Below are positions 36,811-48,692 of a DNA stretch of 64,000 bases, piece after piece. The position numbers were made by a program, and so were the translations under genes. This DNA comes from Eledone cirrhosa (lineage: Eukaryota), in the NCBI GenBank assembly GCA_964016885.1, contig OZ024756.1, positions 23,870,001 through 23,934,000 of the forward strand. The letters run 5' to 3'. Under the pieces are notes generated by a model. The model saw only the letters and a list, made by a program, of their open reading frames with translations. It was not told the origin of the DNA and ran no database searches. Within the stretch, counting starts at the first letter, position 1, and the number at the start of each line of letters is the position of its first letter.

Positions 36811-37790
36811 AATAAAATACAGAGTTATTAACTCATATTGATACCCTGCAATTAACAAGCTCAAAGTATAAATACTGAGCATATAATATATGTAGAAATA
36901 AAAACAGTAAATTTTGTGTCTAAAATTACGAGGGTAGAAAATATCACAAATGTTTTATATTTTTAACCTGAAACATACAGTAAGATATATGTTTCAGGTT
37001 AAATATGTAAAACATTTGTGGTATTTTCTACCCTCGTAATTTTAGACACAAAATTTACTGTGTTTATTTCTACATATATATATATATATGTAAGAATATT
37101 TTCGAAACACCGAGCGAGTTTGAAATTATAAATATAAGCTATCGCCGTATTTTGACTAAAGAAATTAAAGAAATTATTTAGCCTGATAGTGGCGTTAAGA
37201 ACCCTCGGAGAAATGGAAAAAGATGAGTATTGACGTACATGGGAGTCAATACTCATCTTTTTCCATTTCTCCGATGGTTCTTAACCCCACTATCAGGCTA
37301 AATAATTTCTTTAATTTCTTTAGTCAAAATACGGCGAAAGCTTATATTTATTATATATATATATACGATATATTAACAAATAGAAACTATATTTATAAAA
37401 CCATATTTATTTCATTATATATATTTCAAGGACACCAAGTTAAATTATGGTGTGCTTTCATCAGATAAAATATAATATAGATCAGTTTTATAAATAAATA
37501 TTGACATACCCTTAAAGAATGCGACCATTTCTGTTGGAAGCTCCCGGATAGTGGGGTTATTAAATTTATTTAGTCTATTATGCAAATTAGTGTCGAATAT
37601 GTTTAAATCATAGTAGATTTAAAATAAGCCGTTGAAAGGCAAAGTTAACCTCGGCGAGATTTGAACTCAGCATGGCAAGGGCCGTAACTCTATGCGTCAA
37701 AGCATGGCGTCCGACCCTCAACTGATACTGCCAATTTACTCTTGTTTCGACTTACGTTATCTCTCTATCGCTCTCTCTCATATATATCTT

Positions 37791-37833
<43 letters not shown>

Positions 37834-38019
37834 TTACATGTATCTCTATATCTAACTCTGTAAGATATTGTTGATGAAAACCAACGAAGAACGTAAAATA
37901 AATAACGTAGACATTGTCAGTTGTCGGAATCAGACGATATTTACTGGCGTGTGTGAGCGTATCTATCGCTATTTACCTGCCACACTCGTTATAATGTTTA
38001 CTGCTCCTTCGTTTCACGT

Positions 38020-38084
<65 letters not shown>

Positions 38085-38778
38085 ATGTAGGAATATAGAT
38101 GTGTGTGTGTGTGTATATACAGGGGTTGGACAAAATTTCAAACAAATTTATTTTAATATGGGGGTAGGACCGGCTTTGTGCAGCTCCTGGCGAACAGTTT
38201 TTGTGGAAACTGGGTTCTCGGGGTGGTTATTAAGCTCTGCAGTAATTTTGGGAGCTGTACTTTTATGATCCTTTCTAACAATTCGCGTAAGAGTCCGACG
38301 GTCCCTATCTGAAAGTTTTGGTTTTCTTCCGGAGTTTTGTTTCGACGAGGAGGTTTTTCCCTCTTTCTCAAAGGCTGTCATTACTTTCGAGACTACTTCT
38401 TGATACACCAAACATTTCGGCTGTTTTCGTTACGCTATCGCCTGCCATACGAGCACCAACAATTTGACCTCTTTGAAAGTCCGATAGATCTGTCATTTTA
38501 ATGAATTTTAATTACCTTTTTCTGATGAGATCTGAAAAGAAACAGCAATTTTAACAAAACATATTAAGCAACACTAATAATAAATCAAAAAACATAAAAA
38601 TAAACAAGCTTTTGACGATTTTATAGATATTTCAAAATTATGATGCTATGATGCTAGGTGTTACCATTATTTTGTCCAACCCCTGTATATATATATTCGT
38701 CTAACGAATATAGAGTGGAAAATGGACGTAAAACGGTACTGATGATGATATACATATATATATATATATACATACGTG

Positions 38779-38810
<32 letters not shown>

Positions 38811-39851
38811 CCTCACCAGAGTAATCGATACTTGGAGTAGTAGTGTGTGGTAATATGAAAGAGTTGAGACCCTTACAGCTGAGCTCTTGCTGTTGGGGTC
38901 CCAACTCTTTCATATAGATATATGTATATACATACATATTAAAGTATGTATACACATTGGCAGGCGTAACAACCTTCCTTAAGTTATCTTCCAAATCACC
39001 ACACACACACTATATATATATGGCTTAGTGGTTAGAGCATTGGCCTTGCAATCGAAAGGTTGTGGGTTCAATTCTCAGACCAGGTGATGTGTTGTTTCCT
39101 TGAGCAAGACACTTTATTTCACATTGCTCCAGTTTACTCAGCTGTAGAAATGAGATGATAGGGACTGCAGTCCCTATCATTTCACTGCAAAATGGTCGTG
39201 GAGGTGCCACGGCAAAAAAGCACCCAGCACTCACTGTAAATGAGGTTGGTGTTAGGAAGGGCATCCAGCTGTAGAAATCAAGCCAGAATCAGTTCCCGTC
39301 CCACCCTTGCAAGCAGGGAAAAGCGGACGTAAAATGATGATGATGATGATATATATAGTGTCCCAAAAAATCCATACACACTTCAACAGCATTCTAATAA
39401 AAGTGTGCATACATTTTGGGACATTCCGTATATATATATATATATCATCATCATCATCATTTATATATGTGTATATATATGGAACTAGTTGTTGAAACAG
39501 CAAGAGGTCAACTGTCGCGTCTCGACTCTTTATCATATAGATAGATAGGTAGATATACAAAACACACAATAGATAGATATACAACACAGCTAGATATATA
39601 TATATATATGCATTTATATATATATATCATCATCATCACCACAACCGTTTCATGTCAATTTTCTACACTAGTATATATATATAAGTATGAGGTTGGTGTT
39701 AGGAAGGGCATCCAGCTGTAGAAATCAAGCCAGAACCAGTTCCCATCCCACCCTTGCAATCAGGGAAAAGGCAGACATAAAATGAAAAAATGTATGTAAC
39801 TACATGAATATCTACATATGTACATACATATTTATCTATATATATTCATAC

Positions 39852-39890
<39 letters not shown>

Positions 39891-39981
39891 CATACGTATG
39901 TATCTATATGTATGAAGATACATACGTGCATATATGTCTGTATGTCTATCTATTTATTTGTATGAATGTATGTATGTAAAC

Positions 39982-40017
<36 letters not shown>

Positions 40018-40958
40018 AACACATTCATATGTATATATATATATGTGAATCCCCACGGCTTTGTGGTTAAGTCATTCAGCTCTCAAACGTAAGGCTGTGA
40101 GTTTGATTCCCAGCGGTGCATTGTGTCCTTGAGCAAGACACTTTATTTCCCGTTGTTCTAGTCTACTCAGCTGGCAAGAATGAGTTGTAACACGAAGTGC
40201 CAGCCTTGTCCTTTGGCTGTCAAGCTGAATCTCCCAGAGAACTACGTTAAGGGTACACATGCCTGTGGAATGCTCAGCCACTTGCACATTAACTTCATAA
40301 GTAGGCTGTTCCATTGATTGGAAAGCCTACATAGTGTATGTGTATCATCATCATCATCATAATCATCATCACCGTTTGACGTCCGTTCTTCCACGAGATC
40401 GATAAAATAAATGCTAGACGTGAAAAAAATAGCTGTTGGTGTTGATATGACCGAATAAATCCCTTTATGTTGATGCTCCAGCATGGCCGCAGTCTAGTGA
40501 CTGAAATCGGTGACACAAAAGAATCTCTGAATCATTCACGACGCTCCTAGTAAGTATTCGAGATTTTCAAGGAATTAAATAAATTTAATAGACAAAGGGA
40601 AGTAAATCCTGACACATACAGCAGAAGGCCTGCACGATTTATTTCCCTTTGACTGTTACCCGAATTGATTTAAACCGTTACGACACGATAAATTTATTTG
40701 GTCGGTAGAAATACCGTCAACAATATATATATATATATATATACATAAACAGACTAAGAAACACCAAAATATTTGCCATAATCACATTCATAAGTCTATA
40801 AGACACTGTTAATGAAAATCAACTAAGAGTAAAATGAATAACGTAGACATTAACGGTTGTCGGAAGCAGACGATAGTTACTCGTGTGTGTGAGCGTTTCT
40901 GTCACTGTTTACCTGCTACTCTGGTTATAATGTTTACTCCTCCTCCTTCCCACATTAC

Positions 40959-40998
<40 letters not shown>

Positions 40999-41010
40999 TC
41001 GGGTACACTG

Positions 41011-41041
<31 letters not shown>

Positions 41042-41436
41042 TGTAACCGCAGGATTAGCGGTCTCGGTTATTCGCGGAAATTTCCCTAGAATCTAACTAA
41101 TAATTGTTCGTGGATATTCACGGGATCGTAAATATCTTCCGCGATCTTTTTAATGGCTTTTTTCCTGGCAATATATATGTTTCAATCCTAAATTATTAAT
41201 AACAATATACCGTATCTCATAAGACGCTCCCTCTTTTTTTTAAAATTATATTTTGACGTTTATAGGCATTTTTATTGACCATGTCCAGTACTCGCGGTTT
41301 TTCACTGGTCTAGGAACGTAGCCCCGCGAATACCGGACACATACACACACATATACAGCTGATCAATATCGAAACAACTGTAATATGCCAATAAAGTGTG
41401 TACATATGCTGCAACATTGACTTTGATTCTACTTAT

Positions 41437-41469
<33 letters not shown>

Positions 41470-44400
41470 GTAATGTGGCCATGTAGGTAACACGGTAAAA
41501 ACCTCCCAGTCCACAATGTAAACGTGGTTGGTGTTAGGAAGGGCATCCAGCCGTAGAAAACCTGCCTAACAGTCCTATACGAGCAAGAAAACCAATCTTG
41601 CCTCAAGTGGGACAACTCCCGTCTAAACTCGTGCTAGCGTGGAAGATAGACGTTAAACTATGATGATGATGATGATATATATAAACACATCATATATTTA
41701 TTGTGATTGATTTAAACTGGCTGTATCCGGCCAGAATTCTCGCTCCTTTTTCTGTTCAAACCGGTTGCAACCAACAGCTCATACTGACGTTAAGGTATTG
41801 TTCTCAAAGTGATTAATATCAAAATCTCGTAAATTCAATACTATGTGAAATAATTATGTGACATAAAGCCCTTTCTGTGAAAATACAATAATAAATATGT
41901 GATAATACAATAATAGAGTAATGTAGATGCTAAAGGGTTAAATATTTTGTAAAACTATTTCAGAAAATGAAAGTCATACAAAAATCTGAATCACAGAAAT
42001 ATTCTCCTGCTTCCCACATCTCTAAGGTATGTATCTTCTCTCTTCCTCTTCCTACTTGTTATTGTTGTTTAGTCCCAGGTCAAGTCTGGTTTAGGGTAAA
42101 ATGATCAGTTTCAAGTCATGGTTTTAGATATTCACTTTTGATTCATGGTTTTACTTCATATATTTTCTATATCATATGTTTTTCTTTTAACTTCTCCTCC
42201 TCCCCACCCTCTCTTCTTCCCCAATCCTCCTTCATCTCTTCCTCTAACCCAGCCCAAACCACCTATGGTTCTATGAAAGAAACCCACACGTTTTAAAGGG
42301 TTCCTATATAAATTAAAATCTTCCAACATAATTTTATATAAGAACCATATGTTAAGTTACTCTCTTAGTAATGAAATAAAAAAAATAATTTTAGTAAATC
42401 TCTAAAACGTCTTCATTAATTAATTGAAATCGGTAGAGGGTCGGACGCCATGCTTTCCAGCATAGTTACGTCCCTTTACGATCTGATTTCAAATCCCGCC
42501 GAGGTTGACTTTGCCTTTCATCCTTACGGGGTCGATAAAATAAAGTACCAGTAATGCACTGGGTAATTGCTGGCCTTGTGCCTAAAGTAGAAACAATTAA
42601 TTAATTGAAATAGAGTTCAAATCCCGCCGAGGTTAACTTTGCCTTTCAGCCTTGCGGGGTCGATAAAATAAAGTACCAGTAATGTACTGGGATAATTGCT
42701 GGCCTTGTGCCAAAAGTAGAAACAATTAATTAATTGAAATAGAATGTATTTCATTAGAAATATGATCATGAAAGGGTTAAATGACCTCAGTACATCACTG
42801 CTATTATATTTTAAAGCTGAAAGGAAAAGTTGATGTTGGTGGGATTTGTAAATCTTGTTGGCATTAGGAAGGGCATCTAGCCATAGAAAGCAAACAAGAA
42901 ATGGTCACCTGACCTGACTTGTCTCAAATCAGACAACTCATGTAACCCATGTTAGCAGGGGAAAATGGGCGTTAAATGGTGAAGAGTCAGATAACATACC
43001 ACAATATATTTTATTCGATGCTCTAACAATTCTATCTAACTAAGTGAACCCACATTACAATCATAAGCCGAATGCTTTAACCATTTGACTGCATACTTCC
43101 ACCAGTACCTTATTTTATTGAACCCTGGAAGGATGAAAGGCAAAGTTGACCTTAGTAGCATTTAAACTCAAAACATAAAGTCGGGTCAAATATTTTACTC
43201 TCACATTTCTACCAGTACCCCATCCTGTTGCCCTAATAGATTAACCCTTTTGGTACCAAGTTACTTGAATCTGACCTGGTACTACAATACAAAGCTGTTT
43301 ATTTTAAAGTGTTTGTATTTATCTAAAAACCTTCAATTGTAATTCTATGTAAAAACTTTTGTTAAGTTATGTTCTAAATACCAACTTAATGATAAAGTTA
43401 GTTACTTTACTAAATTCTACCAGATTCTAGTTTCCAAGCTATTTAAAAATCAATGTGCTGGAGGCCTGATAACATTTTTCTAGTACATTCTGTTGGTGTT
43501 AAGAAGGTCATCCAGCTATAGGAAACCAATCCAAAAACAGGGTTTATGACCAAGATGTGGTCAACTGACTAGTCAAGCTACATTATGAGACAACCTGTCT
43601 AAACCATGAAAACATGGACAATAGATGTTAAACTGATGATGATGACTTTCATTAAAAATGATAACAAAAGGGTTAATAGCTGCAACTAATTGATAGCTTT
43701 AACTACCGTATATACTCGAATATAAGTTGAGGAATATGTGACCAAAAAATTGATGGTAGAAGGAGGTCAGCTTATATTTGGGGTCAATATTTTTACGATT
43801 TCCTTCAAATTCAAATACTATGTGAATAAGGTTTGGATTTTTGCCCATTTCTCAGACATAAAATGGTGGGGTGGGCTTATATTTGTGTATGTATAATAAT
43901 TACTTTCACACATTATTTTTTATTTTCTATGGTGTCTTCTGTAAGGCTAACAACACCACAAGACAACTGATAATACCTCAGTCAACATCTACTACAAAGG
44001 CAAACACATTACCACAGTTTAAAAAGACCATTGCAGCATTTGGTGAAGGCCTAACTTGTATTAAAATGAAGGTAAGTGTATCTTTTTTTTTTATCTTGAG
44101 AACTGTTTATCTTTTAACATCCTGTACTACATGAAACTGCATTATTTTGCAAGACAACAGTACTATGACTATATTACATTAAAGATCAAAGTCTTTAGTC
44201 TAGTATTACACATTTTCTGAATGATCTGTCTACAAGTAAAGATACTACAAACATTTGAATTAACAAACCTGTTTTAGATATTTTCTGCTGAATCATTACA
44301 GGAGATTAAGAGTTAAACATAAAATATATATATTATAGAATGTTTTTCATATTTCTTTACATTTTCTACTTATTTCTACATTACATATTTATCTTAGATT

Positions 44401-47400
44401 TTTCTTATATTTTATTTATATAATAAACAACACAATATAATTATTCCATTACCTAAGGTTTCACAAAATTAGACGAATCTAACAGAAGCGTCTAGTTCGT
44501 TCATCAGATGAAATATCTATGTGAAACCTTGGGTAATGGAATAATCATATTGTGTTGTTTATTATATAATTAAATAGCTCTGTACTTTACATAGAGCACT
44601 CTTCTTTCTTTTACCTTTTCCACGGAAATACATAACATATATATATATATATCCATTATCATGATCACTGCCACCATCACTACCATCACCACTGCCATCA
44701 TCATCACTACCATTATGACCACCACTACCACCATCATCCCCTACCCTATTATTATTATTATCTCCTGATATAGAAGCCACGCTTGACATTGGCTCTGGTA
44801 AAATTTTGTTTATTTCTGTTGTGACTGTCTCTAATCTTTTGTTCGAGTTTTAAACTTGGCAAAAATTGAGAGCAATTGACCTGCTTCTCGCAGGGTGTTG
44901 ATACGACATCCCCCAGAAGCGGTGTCGGCTTTGTAGTTATAAACATGAATTCAGATACAGAGCAAGGAGAACGCAGTGATAGGTCTCATAGAAAATCACT
45001 GTCAGAAACAGAAAGAAAAAGTGAAGAAGACAGCGTCTCTATAATGGAGATAGTTTTTAAGTAAAAACAATGTCATATTATTTTAAATAATATGGTTTTG
45101 AATGGGACGAGGTGACTAACAGAGTGGCCAATCTCACCGAGAGAAAGTTGTCCCTGAAAGGTAGGGCAGAGATGGCGAACGTATACATCGCATCCATCAT
45201 CTACTACTATCTGACCATCATACTTTGTATTGTCCTTCATGTTTCGGCCCTCGTGGTTTATAAAAAAAAAATTATCATTATTATTGTTGTTGTGAGGGTG
45301 GTGGATTGGCAGACTCATTAGTGTCGGAGAAAATGCTTTGTGGCATTTATTCCAGCTCTTTGTCCTCAGTTCAAATCCCGCCATAGTCTACTTTGCCTTT
45401 CAGGGTCGATAAAATAAAGTACCAGTAATGCATTGAGGTCGATTTAATCGACTTTCCCCTTCAAATTGCTGGCCTTGTGCCTATAGTAGAAATCATTATT
45501 ATTATTGTTGTTGTTGTTTACTTTATTCAGCAAAATAAACACATTCCCAATGTACATAGCAGTGGTTTACCTCCATGGATGCAAACATTTGACAAGTCTA
45601 TGGAACAACGGACAATAGGCCCCAGTATGGTAGACTATCAGAAACACTGTAAGTATGTCACTTATTGATTTCCACACTGTAAACGTGGTTGGTGTTAGGA
45701 AGGGCATTCAGCCATAGAAAACCTGCCAGACAGTCCTATACGAGCGAGGCGACTAATCTTGCCTCAAGTGGGACAATTCCCATCTAAACCCATGCTAGCG
45801 TGGAAGATAGACGTTAAACGATGATGATGAATTTAATCCTTTAGCATTTAAACTGACTGTATTCAGCTAGAATTCTCTCACCTCTTTCAGTTCAAACTGG
45901 CGGCTCATACTTTTGTTAAGGTATTGTTCTCAAAATAAATAATATCAAAATCTCATAGATTCAATATTATGTGAAATAAAGCAGTGGTTGCCAAGGTCTG
46001 CAGAAAAATGTGAACATTATTTGCAACTTTTATGTTTTATTAATAATAAAAGAAACATATTTGGTTAAAATATATTTTATAACCTGCTTAAAAGAATGTT
46101 ACCCCTTAGTAAAGAACTAACATCCATGAAAGAATTTTACACATATGTATCATCTACATGCACTGTACATCAAACATACTCAGTGTTGGGTAGTTTTTTT
46201 CATCAAATATACCCTGTGTTTGGTAGTTGTTTTTTTTTTCTTTATTAAAACAATTAATAGGGACTGTAAATGTGGTTGGCGTTAGGAATGGCATCCAGCT
46301 GTAGAAACCAAGCCAAAATCAGCCCCAGGTGAGCAAAACATGATCCTCTAACCTGACTCTCTCCCAAAGGGTCAGCCCGCCCTACCCATGCATGGAAAAT
46401 GGACGTTAAACAATGATGATGATGATCCTTCAGTTTGTGTCAAAAGACACAGCAATTTCTCCTCTGCTCTCGATAGAATGTCTGACCGTAAGCAGGATGT
46501 AGACCCCCCCTCGGCCTGTCTGGGAAGTCAGTAGTCTCATTTCATTACTATCTTTGTCAATGTAGACCAGTCCAACCCTTGCTAGAAGGACATTAAATGA
46601 TGATGCTGATAAATAGTATTGTTAAGAAGTGACTAGATTGTTGGGCCTATGATTGTAAGGTTGTTGGTTCAATTCTTAGACTGGGCAGCACCTTGTGTCT
46701 GTGAGCAAGACTTTTTAGATGATGTTGCTTTGATCTACTTAGCTGAAGAAAAAGTCTCAGCAGCAACAGCTGGAGAGTTAACCTTGTGATGGACTGGCAT
46801 CCTCTCCTGAGGAAAGTCACTTAACACCTATGAAACAGATAAGCACTGGCCTGGTGAACCTCTGGGTTTTGAACAGACTTTAGTGCCAAGACCCTTCATG
46901 TAAAAAACATAAATATGAAATTAGAGACAAATTAAAAAAAGGATCAAAAGTATACGTAAATAAACATTGGAGTGTCAAGTGAATAGCATTGCTTAGCAAT
47001 GTAGAAAATCTTGAATGCAGGAGATAGGTGTGAACACAGCTTCTAAAATTGGGTAAAATACCGCTATAGATAGAGATTTTTTAAATTCCTAAACATTTCA
47101 ACTCACCCAGTTTTCCAGTGTTTATTTACAAATGTCTTCTTCTTCAACCAAATTTGAAGATGTCTTATTTACAAAAATCTAAATTTTCACAAATTTCCAA
47201 TTTCAGTAAATGATGTAAAGCTGTCTAAGTTACCTAAAGAACGTGTTGGTGCCAACGCAAACCGAGAAACAACATCTGTGAAAGGTGGACAGTGGTTGCC
47301 ATCTTTTGGCACAGTCTGGAACAACCGTCGCAGACGTGATACAAAGTAAGTCACGTTACATTGTCCTCCTCTTCTTCATCATCATCACCATCTAATGTCT

Positions 47401-48692
47401 ATTTTCCATGCTTGCTTGGGTTAGACAGGTCAGGTGACCATGTCTTTCCGATATGCTCTATTTTTGGCTTGGTTTTCTATAGCTGGATGGGTATCCATCC
47501 TAATGCCAACCACTTTACAGTGCTAACTGGGAACATATTATCATGACTCCAGCACTACCACCTTACAGGGTGGATTGGGAAGATGTTGTGACTCCAGCAC
47601 TACCACCTTACAGGGTGGATTGGGAAGATGTTGTGACTCCAGCACTACCACTTTACAGGGTGGATTGGGAAGATGTTGTGACTCCAGCACTACCACTTTA
47701 CAGGGTGGATTGGGAAGATGTTGTGACTCCAGCACTACCACTTTACAGGGTGGATTGGGAAGATGTTGTGACTCCAGCACTACCACCTTACAGGGTGGAT
47801 TGGGGAGATGTTGTTGTGACTCCAACACTACCACTTTACAGGGTGGATTGGGAAGATGTTGTGATTCCAGCACTACCACCTTACAGGGTGGATTGGGAAG
47901 ATGTTGTGACTCCAGCACTACCACCTTACAGGGTGGATTGGGAAGATGTTGTGATTCCAGCACTACCACTTTACAGGGTGGATTGGGAAGATGTTGTTGT
48001 GACTCCAACACTACCACTTTACAGGGTGGATTGGGAAGATGTTGTGACTCCAGCACTACCACCTTACAGGGTGGATTGGGAAGATGTGACTCCAGCACTA
48101 CCACCTTACAGGGTGGATTGGGAAGATGTTGTGAATTCCAGCACTACCACTTTACAGGGTGGACTGTTTTTTTGTCATGACATGAGCACTACTACCTTAG
48201 AGGAGGGAATGGGTGGATTTATTATGGTAACATTTTCTAAAGGCACATAGCTTTGTGTTTATGGTGTTGGACTCCTGATCCTGGTGTTCTGGACCAGGCA
48301 GTGTGTTATGTTCTTGAACAGGATACTTCATTTAACATCCTTTTTCATGGTAGGTCTGGGACCCCTATTCTTAAAACATCCAAGAAACGGGGGTCGATAA
48401 AATAAAGTACCAGTAACGCACTGGGGTTGAGTTAATCAACTTTCCCCCTCCCCCAAAATTGCTGGCTTTCTGCCTAAATAAGAAACTATTATTATTATGA
48501 ATAATCTTATTATATTTACTATTTTTCAGACATCAATTCTTGAAAAAGAAAACAGGTATGTTTGGTAGAAGACCAATAAAAACTGAAAAGTCATCATCAT
48601 CAAAATCCAGCATATCTGGTAAAAAGGATTCCATTTCGCCAGTAGTTCCTGTCATACCTTACCAAAGAAAGAGACGTGTAAATCAGAACTAA
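32583..48692 (+). CDS. CENATAC: CENATAC/CCDC84 (centrosomal AT-AC splicing factor, TITAN-like), whole gene model, 9 exons, 357 aa
   Basis: Two C2H2 zinc fingers ([20 protein letters not shown]; WCYFC...LLAHLTTELH) and C-terminal [34 protein letters not shown] motifs recognised from CCDC84; all phases consistent. Confidence 0.92.
32975..33185 (+). mobile_element. Fragment of the restriction-like endonuclease C-terminus of a CRE/R2-type non-LTR retrotransposon
   Basis: [30 protein letters not shown] resembles the KY..L....F.P.A.ET.G..G.....FL signature. Confidence 0.55.
33240..34010 (-). mobile_element. LINE ORF1-like fragment (CR1/L2/Jockey-type RRM region) in CENATAC intron 1
   Basis: 237-aa ORF with [24 protein letters not shown] and ITFQTHL motifs resembling LINE ORF1; higher GC than flanks. 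Confidence 0.6.
34289..34458 (+). CDS. CENATAC: CENATAC exon 2 (zinc finger 2)
   Basis: ttccag/gtatgt; VWCYFCSVE...LLAHLT. Confidence 0.92.
34802..34995. mobile_element. TTAA-flanked (piggyBac-type) MITE; related copies near 5450, 18560-18750, 30880-30973, 41710-41941, 45835, 50551-50751
   Basis: ttaa-CCCTTTAGCATTTA ... TAAATGCTAAAGGG-ttaa. Confidence 0.75.
35056..35148 (+). CDS. CENATAC: CENATAC exon 3 ([14 protein letters not shown]...EFE)
   Basis: ttcag/gtaact; phase 2 in and out. Confidence 0.88.
35418..35484 (+). CDS. CENATAC: CENATAC exon 4 ([22 protein letters not shown])
   Basis: ttcag/gtacat; phase 2 in, phase 0 out. Confidence 0.82.
36887..37078. repeat. About 190-bp palindrome
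   Basis: Arms are reverse complements around catacagtaagatatatg. Confidence 0.9.
37130..37349. repeat. About 220-bp palindrome; single-arm relative at about 2690-2810
   Basis: Arms are reverse complements around gacgtacatgggagtc. Confidence 0.9.
37408..37472 (-). ncRNA. Minimal type I hammerhead ribozyme, intact core
   Basis: UAUUUUAU-CUGAUGA-[AAGCACACCA...UGGUGUCCUU]-GAAA-UAUAUA-UA^AUGAAAUA; palindromic stem III; AUA triplet. Confidence 0.75.
38120..38685 (-). mobile_element. Internally deleted Tc1-family DNA transposon
   Basis: TIRs CAGGGGTTGGACAAAAT/ATTTTGTCCAACCCCTG flanked by TA; transposase N-terminus [16 protein letters not shown] (ATG 38496), frameshift, then [15 protein letters not shown]...[11 protein letters not shown]; no DDE domain. 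Confidence 0.92.
39021..39350 (+). mobile_element. tRNA-derived SINE
   Basis: Near-identical to 2872-3220. Confidence 0.85.
41964..42026 (+). CDS. CENATAC: CENATAC exon 5 ([21 protein letters not shown])
   Basis: ttcag/gtatgt; 63 nt, phase 0. Confidence 0.7.
42430..42730 (+). mobile_element. Second SINE family (Nin/Deu-like domain), tandem partial duplicate; other copies at about 6395-6575, 20800-20960, 30560-30750, 45295-45490, 50370-50510
   Basis: ttcaaatcccgccgaggttgactttgcctttcatcc...ggggtcgataaaataaagtaccag. Confidence 0.75.
43946..44071 (+). CDS. CENATAC: CENATAC exon 6 (ANNTTRQ...[11 protein letters not shown])
   Basis: gtaag/gtaagt; GLTxI motif. Confidence 0.8.
44418..44567. repeat. 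Inverted repeat (about 48-bp arms) overlapping the 44442-44515 hammerhead; Penelope-like end relic
   Basis: tataataaacaacacaatataattattccattacctaaggtttcaca ... tgtgaaaccttgggtaatggaataatcatattgtgttgtttattata. Confidence 0.8.
44442..44515 (-). ncRNA. Type I hammerhead ribozyme, intact core
   Basis: UAUUUCAU-CUGAUGA-[ACGAACUAGACG...CGUCUAAUUUUGU]-GAAA-CCUUAGG-UA^AUGGAAUA: 8-bp stem I, stem II, stem III, GUA cleavage triplet. Confidence 0.8.
45095..45260 (+). mobile_element. Tx1/L1-like LINE ORF2 fragment
   Basis: [35 protein letters not shown] matches the LSxxGR...N post-RT motif. Confidence 0.65.
45531..45648 (+). CDS. CENATAC: CENATAC exon 7 ([10 protein letters not shown]...[11 protein letters not shown])
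   Basis: ttcag/gtaagt; conserved motifs. Confidence 0.92.
47207..47345 (+). CDS. CENATAC: CENATAC exon 8 ([10 protein letters not shown]...[14 protein letters not shown])
   Basis: ttcag/gtaagt; highly conserved CCDC84 motifs. Confidence 0.95.
47545..48165. repeat. Minisatellite, 45 bp x about 14, in CENATAC intron 8
   Basis: gactccagcactaccaccttacagggtggattgggaagatgttgt. Confidence 0.95.
48530..48692 (+). CDS. CENATAC: CENATAC exon 9 (HQFLKK...[13 protein letters not shown])
   Basis: ttcag acceptor; HQF motif; TAA 48690-48692. Confidence 0.85.

Noticed and set aside
41354-41382. TACAG-CTGATCA-atatc-GAAA-caa-CTGTA hammerhead-like string
   Set aside because: Core mismatch, no stem II and no cleavage triplet; too degenerate to call.
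47541-48250. Three overlapping 187-235 aa repetitive ORFs
   Set aside because: They arise from a stop-free 45-bp intronic minisatellite.
32718-48529. U12-type (minor) introns in CENATAC or CENP-E
   Set aside because: All modelled donors are ordinary GT types; none shows the RTATCCTT consensus.
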